Origin: Chara braunii
Taxonomy: Eukaryota; Plantae; Charophyceae
Assembly: GCA_003427395.1 (NCBI GenBank)
Contig: BFEA01000019.1
Coordinates: 667,871-731,870, forward strand
Length of the DNA: 64,000 bases
Direction of reading: 5' to 3'
In this document: positions 37,582 to 49,432 of the stretch, piece by piece
Position numbering within the stretch: the stretch's first letter is position 1
Layout: each line of letters opens with the position of its first letter
Translations under genes and position numbers: made by a program
The notes under the pieces: model-generated
Told to the model about the DNA's origin: nothing
What the model saw: the letters and a program-made list of their open reading frames with translations, nothing else
Databases searched by the model: none

Positions 37582-38079
37582 GTTTTTTTTGTTTTTTTTT
37601 TTCGGGGGGGGGGAGGGCAGGGGGACGGTCCGACCAGCGTCACTAAGGCGGGTGATAGGTTGTCAGGTAGTCAAACTCGGGAACTTCGGCACCGACGGTG
37701 GGGCCTCAAATCCTCAAACAAGGGTCGTTTGGCTGTGAGTTGAGTTTTTTATGATCGATGAATTTTGGCTGTGGGGTAGAACTTTAGCGTACACACTCAC
37801 CTTGGAAACGGAATACGAAGTCTTGAGCCCAGGCCGTTAGCAAATATGGTAAAAGCTCGTGTCGTGCTGTTGACATGGGCCTCGAACCCAGGATTCAAAA
37901 TGGCACTGTCGTATTGGGCGGCTTTTTGGTCAATCTTTGATGTAAGGACTCGAACCCACAGCATCTGGTTTCTAGGACTCCATGAACGTAGACACAATCA
38001 TAGGGCACACCTTTTTATCATGCTCTTGAGTGACACTCTTGATACGGTACCATGAGGTGTGTGGCTGAATCTGAACCGG

Positions 38080-38239
38080 TTAAACCACCAGTACTTGGCC
38101 CAGCTATCGGCCGCGGGAAAAAAATAGAGTAGAAACGTTTCTAGTTGGATGAATTTGGGCGCTCCTGTAGTGGCCCGTACGTTTCCTAAAATTGCGTAAC
38201 GTTAACGCTACACGACTGTAGGAAGTACTGGTGGTTTAA
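38080..38239. mobile_element. Family-B TTAA MITE
   Basis: TTAA-ACCACCAGTACTT...AAGTACTGGTGGT-TTAA; empty-site paralogue at about 38307-38315. Confidence 0.8.
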
Positions 38240-38339
38240 GTTTTTTTTTCATGCTCTCGGGCGATACTTTTGATATGGTACCATGAGGTGTACGGCTGAC
38301 TCTGGACCGGTTAAGCGGATGAAGTGTTAACAAAAGCCT

Positions 38340-38483
38340 ATTAAAAGGTAAAGCAAATAGTGAAACAAAGACAAGACCTATTGCGGCAACACCTAATTTA
38401 TTCAGTATACTACGAAGAATTGCATAAATAGGTAAAAAATACCATTCTGGCATTATGTTAGCTGGCATTGACATAGGATTTGC
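38340..38483 (-). pseudogene. cob: Mitochondrial cytochrome b fragment (NUMT)
   Basis: [47 protein letters not shown], containing the PEWY motif. Confidence 0.92.
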
Positions 38484-38578
38484 TCTGTCCTTTCATAGGA
38501 ATAGTGGCACTTGTTTTCAATCCTCGGCAAGATAAATAGGATGGTGTTTTTTTGTCAATTGTTACCTCGAACCGTAAA

Positions 38579-38626
38579 GACCCCTGATGATGACTGGGGT
38601 GGCAGCCAGCCGAGACCGGCAGGGTT
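38579..38626 (+). ncRNA. Second, more degenerate minimal hammerhead motif
   Basis: GACCC-CTGATGA-T-GACTGG(GGTGGCAG)CCAGCC-GAGA-CCGG-CA-GGGTT; palindromic CCGG stem III. Confidence 0.5.
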
Positions 38627-40162
38627 CCGCCATGATTGGAATTGACTCGGCAGCTTCAATGTGATTTTCTAATGCAAGTGGGAGTTTTTCGCGATTATGT
38701 GTGTCTTGCTTCGGTGGTCTTCCTTATCATCTTGAGTTTTTCTGTCTTCTTCCTTCCTCCTTCAGCCTACTACCACAACTCGTCGTTTTCCACCCTTCAC
38801 CTATGTTGTGTCGACTTGTCATGGACGGCTTACTTACCTGTGCGTGTGTTAGTTTACTGACAACAGATTACAACAGACAAAGGGACAGCCGGGTGATCCT
38901 GCTCTCAGGGTCACATCGAAACTCTTCACTAAAAAAAAAGTTAAAAATAAAACATAAAAATAATTCTCTTAAATTATTTTCAACTTTTTTGTTCAATTCC
39001 AGTCCGCTGGCCGTGCAAGCGGTCCCGGGCCGCTCTGGTAACGTAGGCTTTGAGAGTCTCAATGTTATCTCATACATGGCAAGGGCCGAAGTGGTTGCAA
39101 AATGGTTGACAGAGCCAGGGGAAGACGACACTGAACTCGCGGGGAGGCGTTTTCAAGTGAAATTTAGGCTTTGGTTAACTAGAGTGAAGAGTAGAATGAA
39201 GTGAGTTCAGACACGCGGAAAGCGACAACTCATGCTAGGTGATGGGTTCTTCTCTCCAGTTGGGGGGGGGAGAGGGGGGGGGGGACAAAGCTCCAATCTA
39301 TTCTTGGGGAGCAGCACTCAATTCAATTACTTGGTCTGTGTAAAATCTTCCATCCGGAGAACATGTGATGAAGGATTTCCCTCGATTGCAGGAGGTGTCA
39401 TGAATCTATTACCATCACGTTTGAACTGCAGCGAAACGACACAACATGGATGGTAGACAGCATATGGGTAGCAACCATAGATTCCCCTACAGAAAAGACA
39501 GAAAAAAACACCATTGGCTGAGACACTGCTCTCTGCTCTGCACTCTGCGCTCTGCGAGCGGCATGTTCATAAAAAAAGGAAGAGGAAAAAAAAAAGAAAA
39601 AAACGCATTGATGGAGACTATGAAAAGCGGATTGCGTTCATTGACGCCTCGCTGTAAGGAATGCAAGTGGTTCTCCATACACAAGAGGAAGTGTACAGGA
39701 AGAAGAGATGATGACTCAGGACACCAGAGAAGCAGGGCCGGGAGCCAAGCGGGCCCCTCACATCTGGCCAGCAGAGTGGAACCACACGCCGAGGCTACCT
39801 TCTTCACCCAAATGCAACGTACAGTCATTATAACTGTATTTTTAGGGTATCTTTCAGTAGTGTAAATACGGAAAAAATCGTTGGACGTTGTATTCGGGCG
39901 AGGAAAGTAGTCAGCATGGGCATCGATGACAGTTACAAGCACAGTCCCATTTCAGGACGGCCAGAATGTTCTCAGATCAATGCACTCCCAAGGCAGAAAG
40001 AGCCCGAGGCCCTGCTGCTTGGGGCCTCACCACATGGCACACGGAACGAAAACAAACTGCATCTGCCCACAAAAGGTGGCAAAATACTCTCGTCACCACA
40101 TGGCACACGGAATGAAAACGAACTGCATCTGCCCACAAAAGGTGGCAAAACACTTTCGTTAC

Positions 40163-40363
40163 CTAGGCTACCAAACTATCCGGAAAAAAAAACTATGTTC
40201 TGCAGAAAAGTAAACTGAACAACTTTTGCCTCAGGGTCACATCGAAATTCTTTGCCAAATTTAAAATATAAAATAAAATTTTAAAATCTACTTTTTATTT
40301 TTAAAATTTTAAATCTTTTTTACCCGGCCGGGCAAGTGACCCCGGGCCACTCTGGTAGCCTAG
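40163..40363. mobile_element. Family-D hAT-like MITE with 8-bp TSD
   Basis: TTCGTTAC-CTAGGCTACC...GGTAGCCTAG-CTCGTTAC, inserted into a repeat seen uninterrupted at about 40925-40990. Confidence 0.75.
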
Positions 40364-40727
40364 CTCGTTACTGTTTATCTACGTTGTTGTTTTTTTCTCT
40401 GTCCGGCCAGGACCATGTCCCATATGCACCGTTTAGTGGACCTAGTTCAATGGAGGGACAGCTGAAACTGTTTTTTTTTATTCATTTAAAATTCAAAAAT
40501 GCATTAAAAATCCGCAAAAGATGCAATTCATTCATTTTCCTTTTTTTTCCACAATTGGAGTGGCATACATGACGTCCACTACCTATAATGGGAACTTGCT
40601 GCCATCCGACACGCCCGGTCCGCCTTCACAGCTAAAACTGTGAAATCCGACTCTCCGATCCTGCGAATGGACACGCATGCATCTGGCCACGTTTTGAGAA
40701 GGATGGACCCGTGCTTTTTCTCACTTG

Positions 40728-40778
<51 letters not shown>

Positions 40779-41065
40779 TTCGTCGACAAACCGTGTGTTC
40801 GTGTGAGGGCCTCCGATGAGGAGGACGAGCAAAGAAACTACGACATACAGATCTGCACTTCCGCAACGGATGTTGGATGTGTGAGGGCCTCGTCACTCGG
40901 CACATGAAACGAATAACAAACCGAGTGCATCTGCCCACGAAATGTGACACAATACACTTGTTACTGTTTATAGCAAACCGATGAACCTGACAATTTTTTG
41001 ACGGAAGATGCACTCATTTCGTTTTTCGTGTGCCGTGCGACGACGCCCTGAAGTTGTTATGATGC

Positions 41066-41106
<41 letters not shown>

Positions 41107-41535
41107 TAAAAACATGCGTGAATCTTGACGGATTCACAGGACACCCCTACATGAATCTGCTCAATAACGTGGGCAGATTCAGCAGCCCATGACGACAACG
41201 AATTCGAGTGGCCCCTGTCCTTCGAACAGTCGCTCCGATCCTATGAAGAGTTGCCCTATTCCCGTAGCCGACGGGTATGCGGTCCTTCAAAGGCCGCACC
41301 GAAAATAGCAAACTACACACCACTTCACGAATTTCTCAAAACGTAATAAAATAGCACCAAAAAAAAAAAAAATCTCAAGAAAGGACTCCAAGGGTCGTTG
41401 AACTCGCTGTCTCGAATAAAGGAGACTGCTATTTCAACGGAAAGTGGCGAGGGTGGGGGTGGTAATATTCAAGAGAGGATTTATTTCTGTTTTTTGTTGT
41501 AAGAAAAAGCCCTTTTTATTAAAAACGGGGCGTTA

Positions 41536-41659
41536 GATGAATTGGACAACGTGCATCTCCCTTGTCGCGTACAGTCATACAGTTACACAGGGTCGAAAAC
41601 CCCACGTTGACCCTGTGTGACTGTACGCGACAAGGGAGATTTACGTCGTCCAATTCATC
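41536..41659. mobile_element. Near-perfect palindromic foldback/MITE
   Basis: GATGAATTGGAC...ATCTCCCTTGTCGCGTACAGTCA / TGACTGTACGCGACAAGGGAGAT...GTCCAATTCATC. Confidence 0.7.
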
Positions 41660-42033
41660 GTTGGACGACCTAGCTCAACGGAGGTAGTGCGACAAGGTCC
41701 CACTAGCTCCTTTACTGGTAGCCTAGCTCTTTACTGTTTATCTACGTTTTTTTTTTTTTTTTCTGTCCAACCGGCCATTCACAGAGGAGAGCCTGAACTA
41801 TGCTATTTAACCTATTTTGTTTTTTCGAGTGTTCGCTATCATAGGGGTAGGGGAGGTTTAAATTGGCTTTAAAAGGGCTAAAGGGGTTTAAAGGGGGGTA
41901 CTTTAGTCTGATTCTGTTCTTTCTTTTTAATCAATTCCCAATGAGGAATTCAGCTATGACCCTCAGATAAAAGTTGTTTGCATTGCACATCTACACTACA
42001 TATTTGTTTCCTGGACTTTTTTGAATCTCCTCC

Positions 42034-42425
42034 GCGATAATTTGCAAAATACCCTCAGAGTCGAGATAATTTGCAAAAATGCCCCTGAAAGATGTGGGTA
42101 GAGCCAAATGCCCCTTTTGGGCCGAAATCTTTGTGTTGTGCCCCTGTCAGGCGGGTGTGCAACTTTGCAATCTGGACCTCCCCGTTTGGGCCTCGGCCTT
42201 TTGCAATAGCGCCTAGGAGAAGTTGGCAAGTACTGGGGCATTTTGCAAAGTTCGACGGTACTCGGTAGGGGTATGTTGCGCAAAGATGCGAGTCCGACGG
42301 TACTCGGTAGGGGTATGTTGCGCAAAGATGCGAGTCCGACGGACGCCACGGGTATTTCACAAAATTATTTTTGGGGGCATTTTGGCATATATCTCAACTT
42401 ATGGGGGTATAGTGCAAATTATCCC
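42034..42425. mobile_element. Mutator-like non-autonomous element
   Basis: GATAATTTGCAAAATACCCTCA...TGGGGGTATAGTGCAAATTATCCC TIRs, with an internal about 42-bp duplication. Confidence 0.7.
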
Positions 42426-42676
42426 AACTCCTTTTCATTTAATTTATTGCAAGGGCTGCCCGCAACCTTGAGCGGGTGTCCGGGCAGAAGTTGGGTTCCC
42501 AGGCGCCTGGAAAAACAACCTAGCTATTTATAACAAACCAATAGACCTGACCACATTCTGTGGGAAGATGAACTTGTTTCGATTTTCACTTCGTGTGCCA
42601 TGAGACAAGTCTAGAGTATAGATAAACCTGGCAAAGAGTGCCCGATTGCTCACAGAGATAAACTACCAATAAAAAT

Positions 42677-42737
42677 AGTTGGTTAGAGTGCTGGTCTGTC
42701 ACGCCAGAAGTCGCAGGTTCAAATCCCGTTTTTCGCG
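42677..42737 (+). pseudogene. trnD: 5'-truncated organellar (mitochondrial-type) tRNA-Asp(GTC) fragment
   Basis: AGTTGGTTAGAGTGCTGGTCTGTCACGCCAGAAGTCGCAGGTTCAAATCCCGTTTTTC: anticodon GTC and T-arm present, 5' acceptor strand missing. Confidence 0.75.
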
Positions 42738-44929
42738 GGAGGTATGGCTGAGTGGCATCCGGAGAGAGAAGGAGAGAGAATTACCATTAGAAACCACTTC
42801 CGATCCCTCACGACTTCAGGCATGTCCTGCTGGCCTCCTGCTGGCCCTGCTGCAGATGCTCTCACTGTGGTGTTCCACGTGCCCTGCTGATCCCTTTGTT
42901 GCGCGCATGTGGGGACGAGAATAAGACGGCAGGAGAGGAGCCATCAAAGGGGACATTGCGAGGGGAGACGGGCAGTACGGCGAATCTGGGGGAGGGGTTG
43001 GTGTTGGCGGGGGATTGGGATGGGCTGGGGGGGATCCTGCAGGAGCGTGGGGTTGGGGTTGTCGAGGAAGCAGGATTGGAGGCGGTGGGCTTGCTGGGGC
43101 ATCGGAAAGCTGACCGCGGATTGGGGGGCAGGTCTGTGGGGTGTTGGCAGCCGGGGCGACGGCTGGCTCTATGCAGACCAGTGCCAGGGAGTCGCCTCCA
43201 GCGGGCAGGGTAAGAAAGCACTCGTTTGGCCTGAGGGGCCGCTTCTGGTTGATGGATATGCAGTTCTTCCATATGATATTTGCATCACTGGCCAGTTCTC
43301 ATTGTTTTTTTTTATTCGCTGGATCAATCCAGTCGCAGTGAAGGTATCAACCAGGCCCTTCCTCTTTATGGGATCCTCTATGCTGTCCAGACTACTTCAC
43401 AGCCCCTTCTCTGCTAGTGGGTTATCAGCCGCAGTGTACGATTATTTCAGTTTTCGCCAGCCAGCAGGAGGGTGCGAAGGTGCATTGTTTCCTATCATGG
43501 GAACATCTCATCCTCCAAACGACCATCAGGAGGGCCAGTCTCATTTGTTTAAACCACCAGTACCTAGTCCACACATCGGCCGGGGGTCCCTAACCGGAAC
43601 TTTAGTAGGCCCCAAATGCGACAACGGCCGCCAATGACCGGCCCTGAAAGTTGCAGCCGTTAAACCACCAGTACTTCCTGAAGTTGTGCCCGTTAACAAG
43701 CCACACTTTTAGGAAACGTACGCGCCACTACAGGAGCGCCCAATTTCATCCAACTACAAACATTTCTACTCTATTTTTTCCTGCAGCCGATATCTGCGCC
43801 AAGTACTGGCGGTTTAAATAATCAGTACCTTTCCCCGCTTGCAAAGCAAATGCCCGCCGGTTAACACAGTCGGCGGGCAGCCTCGGCACTACCAGGGCGA
43901 AATGGCTGGAGGCGCCAGCCAAATTCGACCGCGGGTCAGTTCAAGGTTCGATTTTTTTGGCCGTGCAGTTCGAATTTCCGCTCGGTGCAATTCTGTAACC
44001 TAGCCTGATGGGAGCTTCGGTTCGTGCTGAATACAACCATGCCAGTGGTGGTCGAAGGTGGATTGATTAGGTTTCCACCTATCTGATTCGTTGTTGGGAG
44101 GCTTGTTGACACACATTTTCTGAATGTTGTCGAGTTTCCCTTTCTCTTTAATTGTTCTTAGCCAGAGCCCGGTAATGCCCCCGGAACTTCATTTTTGTAA
44201 GGGACGCTGCGCCCGGTTCCCAGCCGTGTTGCTCCCCACAAATAGATTGGAGCATCATCTCAATAATAAAAAAAAAAAAAAAGACTCGGCATTGATAGCT
44301 GAGAAAGGTACTGGTGGTTTAACGAGCCGCATCTGTGAAAAATAGCTGGGAAAGGTACTGGCGGTTTAAGCCACCAGTTCACACGAACCAAAGTAGTGCT
44401 CTCACTGGTCCAGGCGGTAAGAGCATATCGATTCGCGCCTGGACCGGTAGCAAAAGCGGCAGGCCACTTCGAAAAGGCACAGTCGCCGGCTCGTGAGGCT
44501 TGGAAGGCAGCTTCGTCAACTTAGGCTCATGTTAACTGCTGGTTTAAAGAGATTAAGATGAAACAAAGTCCACTGGGACAAGGTGATTATTCTTGGAAAA
44601 CCATTCCCGACTAGATCCAGAGAATCAACGCTTCTATATTTTTTTTCTCTGTTTATCCCCTCCCACTTTGCTATGCCTCCTCAGCCTACAAGTGGGCCTT
44701 CATGGCACACACCACAATGCGGGCAGCTTGGGCTCAACTTCATCCATGTGGCACACTGTCCGTGATAGGCACAGCTAAGGGGGAGCTTGGAGAAGAAAGT
44801 ATCCAAAGAATGGTTTGGTTTGACTGAATTTCAGTGTGCGCCTCATGTTTGTCTGGTGTATTTTTGTCGTTTGTTGAAGACAACGAGCGCTCTTTTAGTT
44901 GATAGATATGTTGTGTGGAAGTCCCGATC

Positions 44930-46440
44930 TGCCCATAGTAAGAAGATAGGTACAAAGTGTATACATAGTGTAGTCCCGATCTCCACCAACTCTATACATA
45001 CATACTGGATAGGCTATATGTGTGTGGAAGTCTACACACAATCTGTACCAACTCTATAGGTGTGTAGGTCTATACATATTCTACACACAATCTCTACCAA
45101 CTCTATACACACATACTACATAGTCTATACTTGCATACTACATAGTATATGCTCCATAGTCTTTACACACATACTCTATGGTCCATACTCTATACACATA
45201 CTATATGTTACATTATATTTTACACATCAAGTGTATACATAGGGCCTCGCTGCACTACTCTCGACATGCACAACAGACAAAAATCATGGGGGTGCATTTT
45301 TCCATATTCTAGCGGAAGATTCACTCTCATTTTGCACATTTCGTAAATAGTGCAGCGAGGCCCAGTCTTTACTCTACTCTATGCTCCATATACTCTATAC
45401 AGATACTATGTTACATTATATTTTACACATCAAGTGTATCCATAGTCTCTACTCTATAAGTGTAGAAGGTCTATACATATTCTACACAATCTCCACCAAC
45501 TCTATACATACATACTGCATAGCCTATAGGTGTGTGGAAGTCTACACACAATCTGTACCAACTCTATACGTGTGTAGGTCTATACATTTTCTACACACAA
45601 TCTCTACCAACTCTATACACATACTGCATTGTCCATACTTGCACACTACATAGTCTATGCTCTGTACTCTATACACCCATAAGTCTATGCTCTGTACTCT
45701 ATACACCCATACTAAATACTCTATACCTTGGTATCACGGCGTACATGTACGCATACACACGTACACATAATCTCTATACTTACATAGTACAACAGTTTAT
45801 ACTTGCATATTACACAGTTTGTACTTACATATTACATAGTCCATACTCTATAAATGGGTGTGTGGAAGTCTAGTCTATACTCAGTAGTCTATACTCTATA
45901 GTCTATACTCTATAGGTATACTCTATAGTCTATACTTACATAGTCTATAGGTATACTCTATAGTGTATACTTACATAGTACATAGTCTATACTCTATAGG
46001 TAGTCTATACTCTATAGGTGTATGAAAGTCCAAATCCACACGTATTCTACACGATCTGAACCAACTCTATGTACAGACATGCTGCAGAGTCTATACTCAC
46101 CCTATACTCACTAAGGTCTACACATATTCTATGCACAATCTATACCAACTCTATACATACATACTGTTTTAGGTGCACACAAGGTCTATACATATTCTGC
46201 ACACAACCTGTACCAACTCATAGTCTACACAGTCTACAACGTACAAGTCTACAACGTACAAGTGTAAGGAAGGTCTACATACATTCTATACACATTCGGT
46301 ACTATAATGTACTCGTGTGTGGGGAGGTCCACACACATTCTGTACGCAGCCTGTACCAAGCCTATACATATTGCCTATAATATATAGTCAAATATTCTAC
46401 TGTCTATACATAGTGTATAAATAGTATATGATGTTTAGGT
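44930..46440. repeat. AT-rich degenerate satellite (TCTATAC/ACTCTATA units), interrupted by a Harbinger-like MITE at 45242-45363
   Basis: Seen directly; MITE TIR GGGCCTCGCTGCACTA/TAGTGCAGCGAGGCCC, with a related half at about 4504. Confidence 0.75.
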
Positions 46441-48998
46441 GTGTGGATGCATGATATACAAGCCTGCACATGAAATTCTCGCATTGGGCACTGCAAGGGG
46501 GTTCTATAGACCACCCTGCGCTGTTTTTAGTCCTTCTCAAAAGTACTTTCTGAGGGGGTAGTACAGGGGAGGGGGTACCACAGTACGCTCAGTACGGGGG
46601 TGTAGAATGGGTGTACTACCGTACCACCCCTGCTTCCTGACACTAGGCTGAGCTCTCCCCGAATTGAACATACGGCCACTGTAGGTGCACCTGGGGCAAC
46701 TTTCAGTCTTGATACAGTGATTATGACGGTACATTCTATCCAGTGGAAGACAGTAGAAGAGAACCACCATTCCTCCACTCCGAAACGTACTTTCTGAGGG
46801 GGTAGTACAGGGGAGGGGGTACGACAATACGGGGGTGTAGCATGGGTGTACTACTGTACTATGTAGCACGGGTTTACGACCGTACTACCCCTGCTACCTA
46901 AGACTCGACGGCGCTCTGTCTTCCCCCGAAAAGTACTTTCTGAGGGGGTAGTACAGGGGAGGGGGTACGACAATAAGGGGGTGTAGCACGGGTGACTCAA
47001 GTGCACTCTACTGTCTTCGCCCGAATTGAACGTACGGCCATTATAGCTGCATCTTTCTGGTGCAACATTCAGTCTAGCTACAGTGATTATGACAGTATAT
47101 TCTATTCATAGGTGGAAGACGGTAGAAGAGATCCACCACCATTCCGTGAACGATCTGTGATCATTAGTAAAAAAATCAAATTGAGAAGACGGAATCGCAC
47201 GACTACTAGCATCTATATTAGTTTTTGCATTCTTTTCCCATTTGAGAAATGTGAAGTTGCCCACGACGCTCACTGCCCACTTCTTCCCGCAGGTGTGAGA
47301 TATTGTGCCTAACACAGTGCACCCACACTGAGTTCACAATAATGCCCCCATTTTAGGGGGGCTTATTTCCAGCCATTACACCTGGCCTCTCTTTTCAGCC
47401 TCCCCACATGCACTTCTCATCAGGCATTAACTTGAAGGACCGGTGTCAGAACACTTGCGGTGCAAGGTACGTCACCTTGTTTTGCTCAGCTCTTCCTCCT
47501 TTCCTATTCACCATGCCCTCCTTAGTCCATTGCTGATTGACATAGTGCCATGCTCCTACCGTGGCTCAATCACTCAATAACGCCCGTGCACACAGATACC
47601 AACCGCTGGAACCTTGGTTCCTACTTTCCTTGCACCTTTGACAACCTAGTCGCAAAGTTTCCTCTGTAAATAGCTGCATACCTTTCCAACTGCAATGCGC
47701 TGAGTTTTTACGACGGACTTCCAAAAGACAGCATGACCGAAAAGGTCGGCGGGGGACCACACACAGTCTCACAGTTGTCGTTCGTCCACCTAGTAGACCT
47801 GCACATAGCCCTGAGCAGCTGCTGTGAGTCACACAAGCTGGCAATGCCCCTGCCACTGATTCACAATATTGCCCCTCCTTTACGAGGAGTGGATAGATCA
47901 ATCAACTACGCTTTCCGTGGAAGCGCATTTTCCCACAATCATGATGTACACCCCTGCAAGTGCGAGGGATCCAACGGTACTCGATCGTCCTTTGCCGACG
48001 TTCTGTTGTTATTCCGTTGCAAGTGCCAAGGATACAACTCAGAGGCAGAACATCAAAATCTTGGGCCTTGAATTGCAGCAGCTCCGCTCACAGAGCGCAG
48101 ATTCTTTTGTTCTCACCCCTTGACTAATGACCATCTCATACTTCACAGCCAACGTCAACTCGCAGCAAAAACTGCCACGATGTACAGGGTTCCCTCATAG
48201 CCGCAGCTCTGTGTTCCCCTGAATTCATTCACACACAGTACATTTCCTTTCCCCTACACAACGACTACCCGCACGCCAATCAATTCGAAATGCTCTTCGT
48301 GCTCTTCAAGTTGCTTTCGGCCACACCTCTCCGTTCAGGCCCCCTTCAGGTAAACCCACATTGCTCTTCCTCCCTCTTTTCCTTTCCTCCTCCCACCGCC
48401 TCATCTCTCCTTCCTTCCACCATCCTCCGACCATCAGCCTAAAGTGAGTTGCCTTGCTCCCAACCTACACCATAGCGATCCCCACTAATCATCCTCTTTC
48501 CTACTCTCGCAGCTCTTACCTGAAGTACCTTGCAGATAAAAAGCCATTGTTGCAGTGGCGATGCAAAAACAACAGACACTGCAACAGTCCACATTGACAT
48601 GAACACCATGACAACGTCATATGAAACATCCGTTGTCGAAACATGATGATGATACCTGGCATAGGTCAAAAGAGACACGTGGCAAGTTGAATATGATGTG
48701 GCACGTGGCATGGCTAATGAGCCACGTGGGTTCGTGGGCTACCATTTGATTGATTAACAACTGTTGTTCTGAGACCCCAGATCCTCCTCGGGCAACAAGC
48801 TTACAAGCTCATCCTCGGCAGGTTTGCGGCAAACCTCCAGGCAGGCAAACAGCATCTGCAAGGTTGCCCTCTTAAAAAAAAAAAGCATCCGAAGCTTCAA
48901 TTCTAACCTCAGGCTGCGCTCATGGGGGCCGCTGCACCTTTCACCTACACATCTACACCTCTTCGCATGTGTAATGTTATTCATCTCATCCTTCCTCT

Positions 48999-49118
48999 TC
49001 ACTCAAAGTCTCTTCCCTCCTGCTCATTAATCAAGAAGTTGGCTGCTAGCTCCTCATTTTTGTCACAAACAAGGAACGCCTGGATGGCTCTGTCGCGTTC
49101 AAATCCCATCATCACCAG
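48999..49118 (-). CDS. RAD23: RAD23 terminal exon (UBA2)
   Basis: [39 protein letters not shown]. Confidence 0.92.
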   Translation of the reverse strand: MVMMGFERDRAIQAFLVCDKNEELAANFLINEQEGRDFE

Positions 49119-49384
49119 CTGCAGAAAACCGTACACACCCACAACAGCACAAAATAACACTTCTTATTAGAAAGCCTCCCCATAGATCGATCCTGCTACA
49201 ACGATACCACAACCAATCTCTCTCTCTCTCTCTCTCTCCCNNNNNNNNNNNNNNNNNNNNNNNNNNNNNNNNNNNNNNNNNNNNNNNNNNNNAAACTCCA
49301 CCGATGAGCAAATCTCCCGTGTGGTCCTGTCTCTTATACACATCTAGATGTGTATAAGAGACAGGTCTTTAATTGGGCCCCCCA

Positions 49385-49432
<48 letters not shown>

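Noticed and set aside
37935-37995. tRNA-Arg-like sequence on the minus strand (GGTTCGAGTCC B-box)
   Set aside because: Only a T-arm-like piece; no cloverleaf, too degenerate to call.
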